From: Candidatus Delongbacteria bacterium
GTDB taxonomy: Bacteria > CAIWAD01
Direction: 5' to 3'
Length of the DNA: 64,000 bases
NCBI GenBank assembly: GCA_963663545.1
Contig: OY760505.1
Coordinates: forward strand, 2,496,001 to 2,560,000
Part shown: piece after piece, positions 60,935 to 64,000 of the stretch
How the letters are laid out: each line of letters opens with the position of its first letter
How positions within the stretch are numbered: the first letter of the stretch is position 1
Program-made: the position numbers and the translations under genes
The notes under the pieces: generated by a model
The model's input: only the letters and a program-made list of their open reading frames with translations
Told to the model about the DNA's origin: nothing
Database searches by the model: none

Positions 60935-62512
60935 CTACTCGATATAGAAACCACCGTTGACCGTGCCCATCATCGCCTCCTGGCTATCGCGCATGTTGAG
61001 ATAAAGATTGGCGCGATACGTGCTGGTGGTGAATCCTTCTTTGAGATTCAGATAGCCATCAATGTAAGTGGGTGTGAAACCTTCCCAACGGCAAGTAGCA
61101 ACGACCGAATCGGCCGGCGACGTGGTCGCGTACACAATCGGTAGTGCCGTGTTGAAGGGCATATCCTCACTCAGAGTCAAGGTAAAGCGATAATTGGTGC
61201 TTCCTTCCGGCTGCAAGGTGATAACCGTGGTGCTGTCGCCAATGGTGGCGGAAACATCAAAATAGGTTACAGTTCTGTTTTCGCTATCGGTAAAGACCAT
61301 GGAAGGCCAGGTGGGAATATTGTCCGAATCAAGTGGGACGACGCCAGCAGACACTGCGCCGTACTCCAGCGAGTACAGGGACGTTTCGTCTGCGTCCATT
61401 CCGCTGATGTCGAAGCTGGCGGTCAGAGCGCCAGTGACCTCGTTCATGCTGTAGATGAGCATGGAACCGTCGATGTCAGTGCAAGGCATTCCATTCATAT
61501 ACATCGAAGCCGTGGCGAGGGATACACGTGAGCCTACGCCAAGAAGGTTGCCTCCCAAGCGCTTGACAATGCGGGATGTTCCATCTGCGTTGGCAAGGGT
61601 CAGGATGTAATTCGTGTGATCGTAAATCACGTAGGCGCTCGGATACGTGGTTGCCTGGCCGTTCAGGAAGAACTCGGCCGAGGTGCTTTCCGGAATCAGG
61701 CTGCTGCGGAAGCTCTGATTCTCGATTGTTGAACCAGCTGCCATGTTGAGCGTGAGGGTCTCACCCGCCGCGTTCTGAACGGTCATCACGAAAATGAATT
61801 CCATCTCGTAGGTGCTTGCCCAGTCAACAATGTAGAGGCTACCGCTAACGGAATGATAGACGGTTCCGTTGTATGCGACAAAAGCTGTAATACCGCTGAT
61901 GGCGGGGTTGAGGCTGACCAGCTCTCCATCAAGGCTGCCGTCGGGGATCGTCAAATCGAAAAGCAGAGTCTCGTCTGCGGTGAGTGCTGCCAGATGCAGA
62001 TCTTGCTCGTCGGCGTAGGCACAAGCGTTGGTAAAGGAATACTCCGTACCATTAACCGCCATGGACATGGTACCCGGATCCGGGACGGTCATGCAGGCGG
62101 GATACTCGAATTCTGTGCCCAATGTGGTGTAGTCAACGACCGAACTGCCCATGGTCAATTCCATTGTTGTCCAGGTCGGATCCATGTCGATGTTCCAGAT
62201 TTCCTGCACACCATCCGTTGTTATTGTCAGAATGCTGCCCTCGACGGTATACGTGTTCGTGTACACCTCGCAGGGGGCACTCGCCTCATCACTGGAGTAG
62301 CTCTGCGGCTCGATGATGTTGATGCAACTACCATCTGACTGGAACTTCATCGTGTGTGTGATTCCAGCATATGTGGTCTGCCAGTACTGCCCATCGATCA
62401 TCACGTCCTGCGCGACTTTGCTGTCTTCGGTGTCGTCGCAAGAGGTCATCAGTGCGGCCGTCAGGCCGAGGGATAGAACAAATCCCAGCTTCTGAAAGCT
62501 AATGGTGCTCAT
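60935..62512 (-). CDS. Hypothetical acidic, Thr/Ser-rich multidomain lipoprotein
   Basis: ATG 62512 after GAGGA; signal MSTISFQKLGFVLSLGLTAALMTS-C; several beta-rich repeats. Confidence 0.8.
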   Translation of the reverse strand: MSTISFQKLGFVLSLGLTAALMTSCDDTEDSKVAQDVMIDGQYWQTTYAGITHTMKFQSDGSCINIIEPQSYSSDEASAPCEVYTNTYTVEGSILTITTDGVQEIWNIDMDPTWTTMELTMGSSVVDYTTLGTEFEYPACMTVPDPGTMSMAVNGTEYSFTNACAYADEQDLHLAALTADETLLFDLTIPDGSLDGELVSLNPAISGITAFVAYNGTVYHSVSGSLYIVDWASTYEMEFIFVMTVQNAAGETLTLNMAAGSTIENQSFRSSLIPESTSAEFFLNGQATTYPSAYVIYDHTNYILTLANADGTSRIVKRLGGNLLGVGSRVSLATASMYMNGMPCTDIDGSMLIYSMNEVTGALTASFDISGMDADETSLYSLEYGAVSAGVVPLDSDNIPTWPSMVFTDSENRTVTYFDVSATIGDSTTVITLQPEGSTNYRFTLTLSEDMPFNTALPIVYATTSPADSVVATCRWEGFTPTYIDGYLNLKEGFTTSTYRANLYLNMRDSQEAMMGTVNGGFYIE

Positions 62513-62828
62513 TGTTTCCTCAAGACTGTTGGTGTATCGGGCGCGTAGTGCCGGTTGTCCATTCGGCCTATTCACGATTTAACAAGTTAAAATAATTCTT
62601 CAGACCCTCCTAGTGGTAATAATGTGATGGAAGGCAATTGGTGACGGCAATCTTGCCCGGGAGAGATTACATTGACGAATGTACTTGGTAAGGCGGCGAA
62701 TCCCCTACCTTGAGAAGCAACACGGCCTGTCTTACATCGTAAAATCGTTGAGATGGCGCGTGTCACAGGATGATTCTTGTGGACCGAAACGAAAGCGCCG
62801 CGGTGTCCAGCGGACGCCAACCTCTGCG

Positions 62829-62853
62829 GGAACTATTGCTGTCCTGAACCGTA
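62829..62853 (+). promoter_or_regulatory. Candidate ECF-sigma promoter GGAAC-N16-CGTA
   Basis: ECF-type -35/-10 about 60 nt upstream of the SOD start; same pattern as 9326-9350. Confidence 0.35.
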
Positions 62854-62913
62854 TATGGTCGATAAAGTACCAAAATGGTCCAATATAAACCTGCCACGAG
62901 CAAGGAGGACATG

Positions 62914-63519
62914 ATGTTCCAGTTACCCGATCTCCCGTATGACCACAACGCGCTTGAACCCTACCTCGATGCGCGCACCATGGAACTGCATCACGGCAAG
63001 CATCACGCTGGCTATGTGAATAATCTGAACAAAGCCTTGGAACAGGCGGGCGTGGAAAGCACCGACCTGACCACGTTGCTGGCAAATCTGAACGATGTGC
63101 CGGAGGCTTTCCGCGGCGCTGTGCGCAACAATGGTGGACAACACTTCAACCACAGTTTGTTTTGGCAGACCATGAGTCCCAATGGCAATAGCGAGATCAG
63201 TGCTGAGCTGAAGCAAGCCATTGAGCATGACTTAGGTGGAATGGATGAATTGAAGAAGCTGTTGCTGAATGCAGCTGCGACCACCTTTGGCAGCGGATGG
63301 GGCTGGCTGAGTCTGAATGCCGGCAAATTGGAAGTTTATGGTGCCCCCAATCAGGGGAACCCGATTCTGGACGGTCGTGGTGCGCCGCTGTTGACCGTCG
63401 ATGTATGGGAGCATGCATACTACCTGATGTATCAGAATCGCCGCCCCGATTTTCTGGAGAACTGGTGGAACCTGATCAACTGGAAAGAGGTTAGCGCGCT
63501 TTACACGAAGGCCAAGTAA
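62914..63519 (+). CDS. Fe/Mn superoxide dismutase
   Basis: LPY...LEP, HH.KHH.GY, NHS.FW, FGSGWGWL, DVWEHAYYL.YQNRR; AGGAGG RBS. Confidence 0.97.
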   Translation: MFQLPDLPYDHNALEPYLDARTMELHHGKHHAGYVNNLNKALEQAGVESTDLTTLLANLNDVPEAFRGAVRNNGGQHFNHSLFWQTMSPNGNSEISAELKQAIEHDLGGMDELKKLLLNAAATTFGSGWGWLSLNAGKLEVYGAPNQGNPILDGRGAPLLTVDVWEHAYYLMYQNRRPDFLENWWNLINWKEVSALYTKAK

Positions 63520-63526
63520 GCTACGC

Positions 63527-63551
63527 GAACGGGGCGGTGCCCGCCCCGTTC
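63527..63551 (+). terminator. Stem-loop after SOD (probable terminator or stabiliser)
   Basis: GAACGGGGCGG-tgc-CCGCCCCGTTC with a weak U-tract. Confidence 0.6.
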
Positions 63552-63570
63552 CCTTCATCAGGGAGCAGGC

Positions 63571-63882
63571 ATGGGGGCAGCCGTCGCGCAACACATGCAG
63601 AGAGAAAATCCACAAGAAACAGAAACTTGGACCTGCACGGATGAATGCGTGAGCAGGCTGTTTCGTTTTCCTGATCGTTCCACGACGCTTTCCTTTGCCA
63701 GCCGCGTCGGCCACCTGATGCTTGAGCATTGCCTGCCCGAACTACGCATTGGCGAGTGCAGTTGCGAGGTCGTGTGGGCTCACCGCGATGGCAGCTGCCA
63801 GCACTGTGAGGACCATGTATGCTCGTCGCTGGTGCAGGATGTGTATCAGGAAATGTGCCAGCCCTCTGCGTTCGATGCCTAA
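63571..63882 (+). CDS. Cys-rich small protein resembling pterin-4a-carbinolamine dehydratase
   Basis: GGGAG RBS; W......SR.FRF.D....L.F..RVG.L pattern of the PCD family, but the HHP motif is missing. Confidence 0.5.
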   Translation: MGAAVAQHMQRENPQETETWTCTDECVSRLFRFPDRSTTLSFASRVGHLMLEHCLPELRIGECSCEVVWAHRDGSCQHCEDHVCSSLVQDVYQEMCQPSAFDA

Positions 63883-63896
63883 GCACCGCGTGTGAT

Positions 63897-64000
63897 CTAA
63901 CTCAAATCGGCCTTTGTGATACGATCCAGCGCTTGCCGAGCTGCATCTTCCGGCAGATTCCTGTGTGATACAAAGCGAATTCCATCGAGTCCAAGTGCCA
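63897..64000 (-). CDS. 3' end of a probable low-specificity threonine aldolase (partial)
   Basis: My translation gives ...ALGLDGIRFVSHRNLPEDAARQALDRITKADLS*, resembling the C-terminal R(L/F)VTH motif of that family. Only about 33 codons are visible. Confidence 0.45.
   Translation of the reverse strand, partial: ALGLDGIRFVSHRNLPEDAARQALDRITKADLS

Noticed and set aside
62580..62828. Possible sRNA or riboswitch in the lipoprotein-SOD intergenic region
   Set aside because: No recognisable aptamer consensus or convincing long stems.

Overview
Ordinary-looking chromosomal DNA from a GC-rich (roughly 58% by eye) diderm bacterium. It is probably an FCB-superphylum lineage, inferred from T9SS/FlgD-Ig-type C-terminal domains and the gene set. 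From left to right it holds: partial purB; a long housekeeping run (eno, ftsB, mnmA, panB, panC, a GlmU-N-only nucleotidyltransferase, rsfS, PfkB kinase, mtnA, TPR protein, uppS, TamB-like protein); five tandem chemoreceptor genes, each with its own sigma28-like promoter and terminator; four very large gingipain (C25)-family secreted proteins in two divergent pairs; then glnA, nitroreductase, methyltransferase, cupin, DinB, an ABC-2 exporter, an ECF sigma with its partner, a hybrid kinase, nth, folE, class I fumarase, a bacilliredoxin, a lipoprotein, SOD, a Cys-rich PCD-like ORF and the 3' end of a probable threonine aldolase. I saw no rRNA, tRNA, CRISPR array, IS or prophage. Two signals stand out. 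(1) A dispersed quasi-palindromic word, GTGATAC/GTATCAC (family GTRWYAC, usually YGTRWYACR), occurs at least 83 times by manual count against about 6 expected. It has no strand skew, appears to override codon and amino-acid choice, and is absent from the 10-kb chemoreceptor array. It looks like an undescribed HIP1/DUS/matS-like chromosomal signal. (2) All four C25 proteins keep the catalytic Cys but replace the catalytic His with Tyr, Trp or Phe, and share a new conserved His (T-H-T) at the RgpB Trp284 position. All counts and alignments were done by eye and need computational confirmation.
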